A stretch of 64,000 nucleotides of DNA from Carcharhinus longimanus (taxonomy: Eukaryota), in the NCBI GenBank assembly GCA_030264375.1, contig JASCQW010000081.1, forward strand, positions 40,264,246 to 40,328,245, read 5' to 3'. Shown here piece by piece: positions 47,521 through 59,520 of the stretch (its first letter is position 1; the number at the start of each line of letters is the position of its first letter). Position numbers and translations under genes: made by a program. Under the pieces are notes generated by a model. The model did not search any database, was not told where the DNA came from, and saw nothing but the letters and a program-made list of their open reading frames with translations.

Positions 47521-47653
47521 TGTTTCCTGAACCACAGAGATAACTTGTAAAACAATTTTAAGTTGCAATATTTTCAGATTTACCAGAATTGCAAATGCTC
47601 CGGACATGCAATTTCCATGCAACCAGGATCTGCACGGCGATTAACAATTCCAA

Positions 47654-48338
47654 GGGCAGAATTTTAGGTTGTTCGGGTGGACGGCCCATTAAGTGGAAGC
47701 TCAGGAAATCAGGTGCGAGACCATCGCATGCAAATCCCAATGCCCTCATACACTCGTGCAATATTTCGGTCCGCGGGCGAGCGCGAGANNNNNNNNNNCG
47801 AGAATTGGAAGAGCACCCACCGACAATCAGCAGGCAACTCAGCCCATCAAAGGGCCACTTTAATGCAATTTTGCATGGCCTCTCTTATTTTATCGGTTGT
47901 CAGACAAGCCGATTGGCCCGGCCGCCTTAACGTTTTAGCTGCAACCTCGATCCAGACTGAGATAAAGTGTCTGGGGACTGAGGCTTGTACTTGAACATAC
48001 TGCCTCGATGCTCTTTGCAGCAATTTCTTTTTGCAGGTCTATGGTGACCTGAGAAAGGTCCACAGCCGCTGTCCTCTGAGGGAACACGTTAGAAGCGCAA
48101 AACTGCACCCTCCCTTTTCTNNNNNNNNNNNNNNNNNNNNNNNNNNNNNNNNNNNNNNNNCTTTCCCAGTGTGCATTTCACGCTGGTTGCTCATTAATTG
48201 GCCAGCCAATGTAATTTGACAGTTCGCTAGTGGGAGGCAAAATCCAAGTGCACTCAAAATTTAAAAGGAGTTGTGACAATTAAAGGCAAATGTTGGGGTC
48301 GGGAGCACAAACGTTTCCACATGCTACTCTTCAAGCCC
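47654..48338. mobile_element. CpG-rich MITE (GGGC...GCCC ends) containing two small gaps
   Basis: Starts gggcagaatttt and ends tcaagccc, with a local CpG excess relative to the flanks. Confidence 0.55.
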
Positions 48339-50229
48339 ATTGGCTACCATTGTAACATGCCTGCAAGAAGATCAAGACTACAGTTGACCATTACGGCACC
48401 TGCACTTCTGCATGTTCTTTGCTGCATAGTACCCAATGGTGTCTCAATAGCAGATGGAAAAGTTCAGTATCTTCCTCTCAGCTGATCCAGATTCCAAGAA
48501 GGCAGGTTACAAGCTAGTTCTTCCAGGGCCCAGAGAAATAGTTAGTGGTATTTCTCAAAGTGTGGTCAAAAAGGTGACACTGCTACCTGGTCATCATACC
48601 TTGCCATATTTCATTCAATATCATTTCATTCAATCCTACGTATAACATTGCAAAGTACAATTGGGTTCCTTCAAAAGAACCAACCTAACAGTTAAGTCTG
48701 TCACATTCACACCTCGTTGCATTGATTCACATTTGCTGAATCAGCATGATGGGCTAAATGGCCTTCTTCTGTGCTGTATCATTCTACAGCTTGCACAGCA
48801 ACCACATCAGAAAAACGAGGCTTGCCACCTCTCTGCAGATATTGGGGTGTGAGTGGGAATAGGCAGGAGGGTGCAGAGCATCTTTCTGACTTGCCTGGCA
48901 TCTTTCCACTGGTCCCTCCTTCCTCTGAAGACACCACATCAAACATATGTTTCTGGTGGAAGCCCTCTTGTGCCAATAAAGGCAGCTTGGTTTAAATTAT
49001 TGCACCTGCTACTCAGGCTCATGACAGCCCAAGTGCCAGCTGGAAACAACAACAAAATATACAATACTCTTTTTGTGAAAAAAGAGAGAAATTTGCTTAA
49101 CTTGAAAGAGTGCTGGCCTTTTATATGGCCGTCTGCATGTGTCTCTGGCCAAGGTCTTGCCCTCACCAGGTTGGAGAACTGGTATTCGGCATGCCCCGAG
49201 GTCAAAAATAGCCTGGCACTCTCCTCACCCCCACCCCCACCTATCTTTTCCAATACAAAAATAAAACTTCTGCCGTCCATCTATCAGCAGCACTGTTTAC
49301 ACCATTCTTCAGCTTTACAGAACAGCAAAGTCTAAGAAACAAGTTTCCCATTAGTGGACTATGACTCATACATCTCCAACTAACCACATTCACAAATGTG
49401 GTGGATGATGAACTACATGGAGGAGGGAGAGAGTGATCTTTAAATGTGCTTTCAAAAAGCTGTGTGGTCCAAATGCGGTCCACAAAGCTCTGTCATGAAG
49501 GTCACAGGCAGTGGATTATACAAGACTGGATACCACATCAGTCCAATACTATTTAATTCTCAGTAAATATTGTTCCTTTCTCCGCTCCAGCCCTGAATAC
49601 AATAAACCGCACTTCGATACGGTGCCAAACTAGCAGCAACCCTATGTACTCACTTGTGCCATCTTTCATATTCAAGTCGTGACAGGCTATTTAACCGGGA
49701 GAGTAATCCAGTTGTTACCTGGTGTGCATACATATCCCAGCGTCACAGGACAGCAATTAGAAATGCCCAGCCCTGGGGCACCAACTTCAAATACATTATC
49801 TGCACACCAATTCGCTAGATGAGATCAGTTAAAAAGAGACAATGCCGTGTATTTGTCCATTAATTAATTTTGGGACTGCACTCACATTACCCTTAAACAA
49901 AACAGGGCTAGACACATTACGGCAATATATCATCACCTTACACTGCCCATCATAGAGCATACCTATGTTAGCAATCCTGGTAAATCAGCTTGAGTGCGAT
50001 TATCTTGAAATCACCACAAGTCCTTGTGCTTCAATACTTATTAATTATTGGCTCACAGTTTTCTGTGCATGCAATGAATTCAATATAGGCAACAGGTCCT
50101 TCATGTAAACTGGAGCTAAGTCTTTTGCTTTCACATCCCCCTCCCCCTCCATCTGACTGTACTTTTGGTCCTTTTGAACTCCTTTCATCTACTGAGTTTA
50201 AGCCATTCCCAGGGTAGCTACTGGGTTGC

Positions 50230-50660
50230 ATATAATTTGTCTAATTAAATTTAAAGAAGGGCTATTTTGCAGAGCACTATTTCATCTCTCCCCCCTCCCC
50301 AAGCCCCCTCCCCCCACTCCTTGCACTTCACGCTGTGGCCTTTAATGAGGCTTCAAACATCATTTTAGCTCAGCTTTGGTTCCAGTTAAGATGGGCTGGC
50401 CTTGTTAAGACAGTCTTCATTTGTCAGGAAAAATTGCTTTATTGGGGTCACGGAATGCAAGGGCTTTGATTAAAGCTAATCAAGAGAGAGAGAAAAAACT
50501 AGACCCAAAGCATGTTCAATTGACCTTTAGTAAAATCTATCATTAGAACCCTCCGACAGAATCTCCTAGTTAAACAGTCATAAATAATATCAGGTTTCTT
50601 TACAGAGTCGCAATTTATTGCATCTAGAAGCAGTCAACCTCCAGCTGCTCTCTCTTCTTG
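50230..50660. promoter_or_regulatory. Candidate conserved non-coding element
   Basis: ctaattaa, CTTTGAT (TCF/LEF-like), TGACCTTT (nuclear-receptor half site), GTCATAAA (posterior HOX) and tttattg in unique sequence. Inference only. Confidence 0.4.
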
Positions 50661-50967
50661 GGGAACTAACGGATACTGAAGTGCTTACTCTTAAAATACC
50701 AGGGCTGAATTTTCAGCTCAAATAGGCAACCAATCTGGAAGTTTTCAGTTAATTAATTGAAAGCTACACTTTCATTCTTACCTTGCACTATGTCCATACA
50801 CTCACAGTGAACACTGTCGGTTTGAACCAATTGTAAATTAAAAATGCCAGTAAGGCGTTTCTAAGTAAAACAAAATAATGAGAGATCTGCTCAGCTGTCT
50901 AGCTTGAAATGTAAATCAATCTCTCTTAGCTCACTTTTTACCAGTTTTTAAAAACTTTTTTTAAATT

Positions 50968-51267
50968 TAAAGTTTATTTATTAGTGTCGTAAGTAGGCTT
51001 ACATTAACACTGCAATGAAGTTACTATGAAAATCCCCTCATCACCACACTCCGGTGCCTGTTCGGGTACACTGAGGGAGAATTTAGCATGGCCAACGCAC
51101 CAAACCAGTATGTCTTTCAGGCTGTGGGAGGAACCCGAAGCATGCAAAGGAAACCCACACAGACTCGTGGAGAATGTGCAGACTCCGCACAGACAGTGAC
51201 CCAAGCCGGGAATCAAACCCAGGTCCCTGGCACTGTGAGGCAGCAGTGCTAACTCACCGTGCTGCCC
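50968..51267 (-). mobile_element. HE1-type V-SINE, tail type A, full length
   Basis: Reverse strand gggcagcacggtgagttagcactgctgcc...ggggattttcatagtaacttcattgcagtgttaatgtaagcctacttacgacactaataaataaacttt. It probably sits in an older MITE starting gggctgaatttt at 50702. Confidence 0.93.
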
Positions 51268-52752
51268 TTCCATAGATCTTGAGCATTGGCGACATTAAAC
51301 CTTTCAAAGTTTCCTTACGTGGAAGCGAGAAGGGCAGCCAAAGGCCGCCCGATGTTCATCTGCTGACATCCTCTCTGCTTCTTCTCTTTAACACCTGCTC
51401 GGAGCCAAAAGTGGACCTGGGGTATATAAAAGAGGCCAAGTGGCTTTAAATCACCATGGCTTCCTGCAGTGTCTGCAGGGCTGGTGATCAACTCACCAGC
51501 ACGGTTTCCCAAAGAAAGTCACTATGGAGGTACAATCTAACCCTCCCGTTCTGATACTTACTGTCCCATTATGTATTTACAGCAGAGTCTTTTATTTCAG
51601 ATTTTCAACATTTGTGCTTTTCAATTCATTAGCACTGGTAAAGTGTTTGGTTTGAACAATACCTACACAAGTGTGAGGTGGAGACAAAGCATCAATAAAG
51701 TTAACAAACTGATTATATTCTCACAGTGGCTGGCATGCTGGTCAATTTATAAATTCCTATTAATACTGAATATTAAAACAGGTAGTTCTGGGGTTTTGCA
51801 GGTTTCACTGACAAAGCAACATCTGCTGGTAGCTACTTCCAAAATTGCAGGTATTTTCAAAGCAGAAATCACTGAACACCAAAACATTAAAAGGATGCAA
51901 TGGTCTGGACAATGCTCACTGATAGTCACAGCGCGAACACAGCTTAGCCTCCAGTGAAAACCTACATGCTGTCACATTCCCAAATAAATTTAATTAAAAC
52001 TAAATAGCCAAAGCTTCACAGATCTTACTTCAGCGTTAATGCATTAGGACAATCTTCCAGCATGTCTCCAGGAACTTGGAAAATACACAAGGATATCCTG
52101 CTCAGAACCTTTGAGTGAGGAACAATTCCATAACCACCATGCATCTCTGACTGTGCAGGCAAATTAAAAGTCTGCAGGAAATTAAATAGTAATACTGGAG
52201 AGGCTCTTGCCAATTGTAAGGCCTAATACAAAAAGGTCTCTATTGTGTAACATAACTTCAGACGAGTAAATCCATAAATACCTATAAATCTTCAGAAGAT
52301 GAACTTTGCAAGTCCCACTCACTACTGTAAGCTGGAATCATTCATATAAGCAAGCTAAAATTTTTCCTCTCCCAAATAGTGCTAACCAGAAGTGCGTAAA
52401 TGCAAAGGAAAAACGGGCACCAGTCCTTTGTTCCCATTCTTCTGAATTGCAATGAACACAAATTTCCTTTTCCGCATTTTCTGGTGTCTGCATCCATACA
52501 GACTTCAGTAATGTGTTAACTTTGGTACCAACACCAGGGACAGCACATAGCTTTCCTCTAAAAGCACAGAATGCAGAAAGGGTCAAAACTACTCCCCTCC
52601 AAAAATACAAATTTCAGAAAGATTATTTAGGTGCTGTTCAATGGGATAGACCGCCACTGTCATGTTAATTCTCTATTTTGAGCTTTTTAAATATAAAAGA
52701 AATGGTATTGCTTTAAAGAACATATTTCAGAATATGTTGAGTCTTGCATAGT

Positions 52753-53068
52753 GAAACTAGAACTAGGGGGCATAACCTCAAAATAAGGGCAAGCAGATTT
52801 AGGATTAAGTTGAGGAGGAACTTCTTCACACAGAAGGTTGTGAATCTGTGGAATTCCCTGCCCAGTGAAGCAGTTGAGGCTACCTCATTGAATGTTTTTA
52901 AGGCAAGGATAGATAAATTTTTGAACAGTAAAGGAATTAAGGGTTATGGGGAGCAGATGGATAAGTGGAGCTGAGTCCACAAAAAGATCAGCCATTATCT
53001 TATTGAATGGCGGGGCAGGCTCAAGGGGCCAGAAGGCCTACTCCTGCTCCTAGTTCTTACGTTCTTAT
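52753..53068 (+). mobile_element. CR1/HER1 LINE 3' end
   Basis: ORF 52744-52974 TRTRGHNLKI...RRNFFTQKVVNLWNSLPSEAVEATSLNVFKARIDKFL, a tail gttcttacgttcttat, and a possible TSD ATAGT (52748-52752, 53067-53071). Confidence 0.95.
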
Positions 53069-53745
53069 AGTTAGTATTAGAGGCTGTTTTCATTACCAGC
53101 CATACCAACCTGCTTTTAGAAACTGCTCACATGGAGGGAGAATCATGGAAGGTGCCCTCGCTGTTGCTCTTGTCTGTATGACTAACAGCTGTTCACATCA
53201 CAGAATACAAATAATTCCTCCAGCCATCAACAACCACCTCACACCCCTGGAACACATCTCTTCCTCCTCAGCATCCCTCCATTCCCCACACCTTAACTTC
53301 ACTATCAAACTTGCACCTCCCCCTATTTCTGTACCATCTGCAGATTTACACATGTTTGTTTATTCACATAGTGCTCTGTATCTTTTAGGCACCAGCTTAT
53401 CAGCTCTCAGTAAGGCAGATGACATGGGCACTCAGATGGTTAAATACGAGGACTACTAACACTCAATTCAATGTTTCTGGATGCATTAATGGCATTAATT
53501 TAGGAACTTACTGTTCTGCATGGCCAAGTGTTCAGATAAAAGTTCTTCCACTTTATCTTAAAAAAAACTTGTAACTCTCCCACATAGCATTTTTTTGTAC
53601 TAGAAGCCAGGCAAGACCAAGACTTCTCTTCTTGCCAATAGTATACTCTCAAGTTGCACCTCCTTTATTTAACGAAGGCTCAAAAGTAAGTTTGTGCACT
53701 GTAAGGTCTACAATAATTATTTTTAGACCACAGGAAGATCAGCCT

Positions 53746-53855
53746 GTTTTTTTTATTCATTCGTGGGATATGGGCATCACTGGCTGGCCAGCATTTATTG
53801 CCCATCCCTAAAGCCCTTGACAAGGTGCTGGTGAGCTGCCCTCTTGAATCAGTCC
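53746..53855 (-). mobile_element. MEYSPLAW-type LINE extreme 3' end
   Basis: Reverse strand ttcaagagggcagctcaccagcaccttgtcaagggctttagggatgggcaataaatgctggccagccagtgatgcccatatcccacgaatgaataaaa. Confidence 0.88.
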
Positions 53856-53999
53856 GGTAGGTATCTGTTACTTCTCAGACAACGAATGCCATCTTCCTAT
53901 AACGGCTCAGTTATGTCTTGCAAAATTTGCTAGGGGGAGTAAGGAGGTGGAAAATAGAAGCTAATTTTCACTGCACCAGGTTTGTCAAACAAAGACAGT

Positions 54000-54720
54000 G
54001 GGCAGAATTCTCCCATTTTGAAACTAAGTCCCATGGTGGGGGTGGCAACATGAAGTATTTCCTACTGCGACAGCCAGTAGCAAAACGCAGCAAATCTTTT
54101 GGTCCCGACCTCATTAATCATGCATCCAGGCATGTTACACATACTTCATGAGGGGTCCAGCCTGATTGACGTGTAGTCCTCTGTCATGCCTGAGTGTCAT
54201 ATTGAACAAATGGCCAACATCACTGACCAAAAAATGGTGGACCTCACGAAAATGAACATAGACCTCCAGGAACACTGGAAGACGGACCCACTCCAGGACA
54301 CCTAATCAGGAAGATCCAGCTACAGATGCTTCACCAACCTACTGCTGTTGTGATCAGGAGTCCAGGCTTGCAGGCAGCCTCCACCCTGAACTCCAGAGGC
54401 AGCTCCAGGCATTGTTTGGATGAATCCCGACATTTGCATGCCATGTTTCTCCTAATGCGTTACACGTCGGCGTGTTTTCCCACCGGCATCACGGAGAATC
54501 TGGTGTGAGGGAGTTGGGCCTTCATCTATATCCCATTAACAGGATGCAAATGAGGTTCATGCCAGCCTCTGGCAGGTTTTCCGACCCGGCATGGCAAGCA
54601 ACAGCGGAAGATCCTGCTGTAAATTCACGCCGACGGGAAAGCTATTTCTGGGCATCCTGCCACATTCTCCCACCATGCCTGCCATCAAACCCAGCGGCAG
54701 GACTTGGGAGAATTCCACCC
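54000..54720. mobile_element. PIF/Harbinger-type MITE with TIR and 3-bp TSD
   Basis: TIRs gggcagaattctccca and tgggagaattccaccc (14/16 complementary), with AGT at 53997-53999 and 54721-54723. Confidence 0.85.
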
Positions 54721-57700
54721 AGTATCTTGAATGATTTTTATTCACAATGCTGCTTCAAAGTATTTTGCAGCAACTCATGTTCTCTTCTAGGCCTGTTTAT
54801 GTCACTTTTCCCAAGTCCAGAATGCTCTTTGTAACCTCTCTGGAAACAGAGTCAAAATAGGTGAGTAAAAAAGTTCTTCTCATTTATGTTACTTCTGTAA
54901 AATTGGAGAAATAACATGTTTTATTTGATTTTATTTCTGCCTACAACAATGCTAGAGAAAAGAAGTGGCCTGCAAATGAATATTTTGACTTAGATTATTA
55001 AAAAAAAACATATAAAGAGAAAGTGACCAAAGAACACAGCACAGTAGATGAAGGATTTGGAAACAATGCAACAGTGGTAGAATATTTTGCCAATATCAAC
55101 TTGAAAGAAAATTAATTTTAAAGGAGTAGACGATGAATTGATTCAAGACATGAATTACAGCATTGGCTCTTCTACTCCTGAGGTCTGAGTGTAAATCCAG
55201 TTTGGGAATGAGGGATGAATATCCACTGTTCCTGACAGCTTTATAGCTATAATGTTAATGAATTGCTGGCTGACACAGAACTACCTCGATTGAGAAATAT
55301 TTGCATTGAGAGTGGCAAGGAAGAGTGACAAGGAAGAGAATAGAAATTACCAGCTTGTGCTCAATAAACCAAACAAACCCTGCCTTTCTTTTTGACTTCC
55401 AAGTTTTGAGGTCATCTGTTGTAATTAATCTACAATTGAGGAATTTTGCAGTATTTGGGAATACCCACCAGGCAAACTTACCCAGATTGTCAGACTTGTA
55501 ACAAAAGCCATGACATAATTGTAAATGTTGAGGTGTAAACACAACATTTCTGGGTTTCAAAATCAAAAGCAGAACAGGAGAAGGGAGGAGAGGAAATTGT
55601 CAAGGCGACAACCCACAGACAAAGACCACAAGTAAAAGCAACTGAAATAAGTTACAAATTTATGGATTAAATTGACTTCTTACAGGGCAAATTACATATG
55701 TTTGCTATTGTGATCCATATCCTGTTATATGTTACATGGATTATACTACAATGATCAGAGGACATATTTGTTAGTGGTGCTCACTTGTATAGTACCATAA
55801 CAATCCCTCTTTGTGCCAATATTTATGGAAAGCATAAACAAGCTGTGCCTTATTCAGAATGGTGTAAATACATTATCATGCAATGCACTGAACACACTAA
55901 CTAACCAGGAATCTGTAATACTTTTACGATGGTTTGATGTGTTCAAGCGTTCAATTAATCATTTCAATAACTGATAGAGTATTCAATTACTAAAATAAGC
56001 ATTTGGCACAGCCCAAGAACAAAGGCACTTTGCATTGGGAACGCTAAAAATTGTTGATTGCTACAAATAGCTAATTACTTCCAATGTGGGTCTGGGGTTA
56101 AGTAATTTTGAAATGAATAGCTGTCCATTTAGTCAATAACAGTTATGCCTGCAGTCCCCAGTTTGGAAAATAAAGTGTCCAACTGTTAATAGTCACAGGG
56201 TATTTTTCTTCCAGAGATCTCATCAAATTCTTCAGCCAGCAAAAGAATTAAGTATCATGAAAAAGTACAGCATAAAAGGAAAACCTTCTTGTCAAACTGG
56301 AAAAAAAAACATTAAACAGAAACTAATAAGTGAGATGCTATTGGAAAAAATTATGGTCAAATGTCGTACAGCAAAACCATACTTGAATCATAGGTAATGA
56401 TCCACTTCAGAACAATCACACCACTGACTCACGTGATATATTCTCCAATGGTAATCACTAAACTCCTGATTCTTTGCAAATTAGGTTAACTGTCTGTTAG
56501 AAGCCTTGAAATACTGTGACTTTAGCCTTCCAGGAAAGGGTTAATTTCTAGCAGCTTCCCAACTTTTCAGGCTTGCTATCAAGAATGATTGGAAACAAAA
56601 TCATAGCTCCCTGGCCACAGCGAAAAAAAAATGTACTTCAGGCATTTGAATAGGACTCAGAGAACAGAGGGGATGAAGGCCAGCTAGCAGAAATATTGGC
56701 TGTGTCAAGTTAGCTGGGAAGGTTCCAGGACCCTACATCTGCTTGGCAACGACTCAAAAAGAGATAGAGTTACTCCTTCGTCGGTGCAAAGCTTTCCCAG
56801 GCTACAATATATGAAAAACAGCTTTCTGTACATGATGGAAGAGCCCAGCAGCACTGCATCATACATATTAATCTCCCCATTCTTAAGCAGGGCTCACTGT
56901 CACATGATGCACTAAGTTTGCAAGCATCTACCACTGTCATGTCACATACTGTCCCAACATATGATCTGCCTCAGTTTTATAAACCGAGCATTTAACTTCT
57001 TAGACTTGAACACAAAAGACTCTTACATAAATATACCTAAAAACATTGATTAAAAAACATTGACACTAACATATTCAAAAAGTGACCCTGCTTATCTTGC
57101 AAGTTAAAATTTAGCCCTCTCCCCAAACTTTTGTATTTTAAGAAAGAAAAAGGAATGTTGTTTATTGCAGAGCAGGGTTTGGAGGAATGGGACTTGATTG
57201 AAATATAACTGATCCAAATGTTAAAATCCTAAAAGCTCGTTAAATTGCAATCGTGCCTAGTTAGTTGGAGCACTGTGTATAACTTATAACCCCAATCCAA
57301 ACACATTTCTTAGAAATCGAGTTGGGTTTCTCAATATTCAATCCTGTTTTAGGCTGATAAGCACTTCGTGAAGTGACCCAGGCACAAGACATAAGTTCAC
57401 GCTTACAATTCTCTCAGACTCAGAAGGATGGAAAAAGAAAAGGATAATTCACCCAGAACTGCTCTATAACCAATCCTGGTTCGACAACTACATTGTAAGA
57501 GGCTTGGAAGGAGGGTTTCCATCTGCCCTTTCAGTAAGATTGGTAGTACAGCATAAAGTTGGTTGGAATTTTCCTTGCCTCTTTCCTTACACACTGCCTT
57601 TGTGAAAGCAGCAATTCATGATGATGCGCAAGAACACAGGCGTTGGCAGCATTTATTTGTATGCGATTCAAAAAGAGTGTTGCAGCACAGTCTGATCCTG

Positions 57701-58779
57701 TCCTCACCAGATAACAATGAGAACCTGACCCAATACTTTGCTTGAACTAGTTTATGTACACTGAGGCAAGTTGTGTTTCCAGCGCCACCACAGTCTAGTT
57801 GGACGAACCATAAATCAAATATTGAAGCTGTGATCTTCCAGGCCACTGTGGCTTCATATCACCAAATGCAGTGCATTGAACAAAGGAGTTAGCAGAACAG
57901 CCTTAACTAGAATTATTAATATGGGTGAGATAGTTTGTAAAAGAATCATGCTTAGGTTAGACTATCATAAATAGATTCCAGTAGTATATTCAAAGTGTTT
58001 CACAGAGCTCCCGGTGTTTATATAATGTTTGAATGACAAACCCACTCTAAAGTTGCACTGCTCAAATTGCATGCAGCAATTACATAATTATGCCAACCTA
58101 ACACTTTAATATTCCCCATGCACATTTTGGTATAGAAATGCTAAAACCTGCTGCTTAAAAAAGCAAAAAGCAACAATTCAAATGAACAAACATTTAAGAA
58201 AAAACATGGAAAGAAGCGTATGATTGTATTCACATAGCAGAAGATTAACCAGGGGCAGGTTCAGACCCTAGTGGTACTATGTAAACAGTTCCCAATGTTT
58301 TAAAGTGCTTCAGACTATGCTAAGAAGAATACAATCTGATTCTACAAATATATCAAGGAACCGAACTGTGTTCAATATCTGAGCTGCTCCTTTTATTAGT
58401 CTATGATATAGCTGGACCTGGAAACCAGATCCAGCTGGACTAAACTTAATGCCTAACCCTATACAGGAGTGTAGGACGAGAAGATTGGATGGGGAGCAAA
58501 GGAATTTCTAATAGGAGGGGTTAAGTTTTTTTTAAACTATTCACTTCTGTGATAAGTTCATGAAATGGCAATATCCGTTTCATCTTACCCCCCGCTCCCA
58601 TAATCTTCCAACATAAAAGAACTGCTCTGAAATCACTAGAGGCTCACAGTGGACAAGTGCAGTCCCTCATTATGACTTTGGATGGGTCTTTTTGAACAGC
58701 AGAAATACATTTTCAATAAGGGATGGAAATGAGAGATTGGAAAGTTTTAGCAACAACAGTTTGAAAATTGGAACAAAAT

Positions 58780-59520
58780 TGCCTTCATGCCAGCAGTAGT
58801 GTAAGTGCCACATAACTGCTCAATTTATTAAACAGAGGCTGAACAGCATTCACACAAGGCTTTTATGACATATTTTGATTGCTTTGAAGCTGAACTACAG
58901 AAACTAACAAAGACAGATAATGCAACTTTAATTTCTTTAAAACGAGCTCTGTAAAGCTTCAATCAGCAGTTATTAGAGTAGGGCACAAACTGACTTCTTC
59001 AACTGTCTTCCCGCTGTCCTTTAGATATTTTAATTTTTTAAGAGGTCAATCAAAATGATGACGCCATCATTTATGTCAGCCAACCAATGTAAAATGATAA
59101 TCCCGACAATATAGCTCGCTGCAAGATTTCAAGTATTTTAATCATAAGAGATTAAATGAGTAAGCAACTAGCTCCATGGATGTTGGTACAGATAACTATT
59201 TTCAGGTCTGCGCACTATCAAATTAAGCTGTGTATAATCTCCGCAGAGTTTGTTTTGATGGTACCCTTCAATCCACTTTGCTAGGTGTAATGGGGAGGCT
59301 AGTAGCTGCCAGGGTGATATTAAATTCAGATAGGGTATATTCATGTGATAGTATGCATTAAGAAAACATTAGCTTAAGTCTCTACTCAGTAAGGAGTATC
59401 AATTTTCAAGATTAATCTTTATACAGAAATATATCAAAAGCCGCACAATGGCTTTGTTTCTCCATATGAGTGTTCTTAGTTAAAACAGTTTGCATTAACT
59501 CAGTAATACTGTCAAAAACA
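58780..59520. promoter_or_regulatory. Candidate conserved non-coding element(s)
   Basis: TTTTATGAC, AGATAA (twice), AGGTCA, several retained CpGs and no repeats. Inference only. Confidence 0.4.

Noticed and set aside
47654-47930. CpG island or promoter
   Set aside because: The CpG excess is confined to a GGGC-ended MITE.
51319-51416. 98-nt minus-strand exon candidate (ctcttttatataccccag...gtaagg)
   Set aside because: The peptide is unrecognisable, and the segment appears to lie inside a decayed MITE (about 50702-51567).
51720-51740. miR-27-like start tcacagtggct
   Set aside because: The match stops after about 11 nt and there is no precursor hairpin.
57038-57063. Short tandem duplication taaaaacattga x2 (also aagttcctca x2 at about 38869-38888)
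   Set aside because: These are ordinary slippage duplications.
57618-57695. C/D-box snoRNA (ATGATGA...CTGA, 78 nt)
   Set aside because: There is no terminal stem and no rRNA or snRNA complementarity that I recognise. The boxes occur by chance at this scale.
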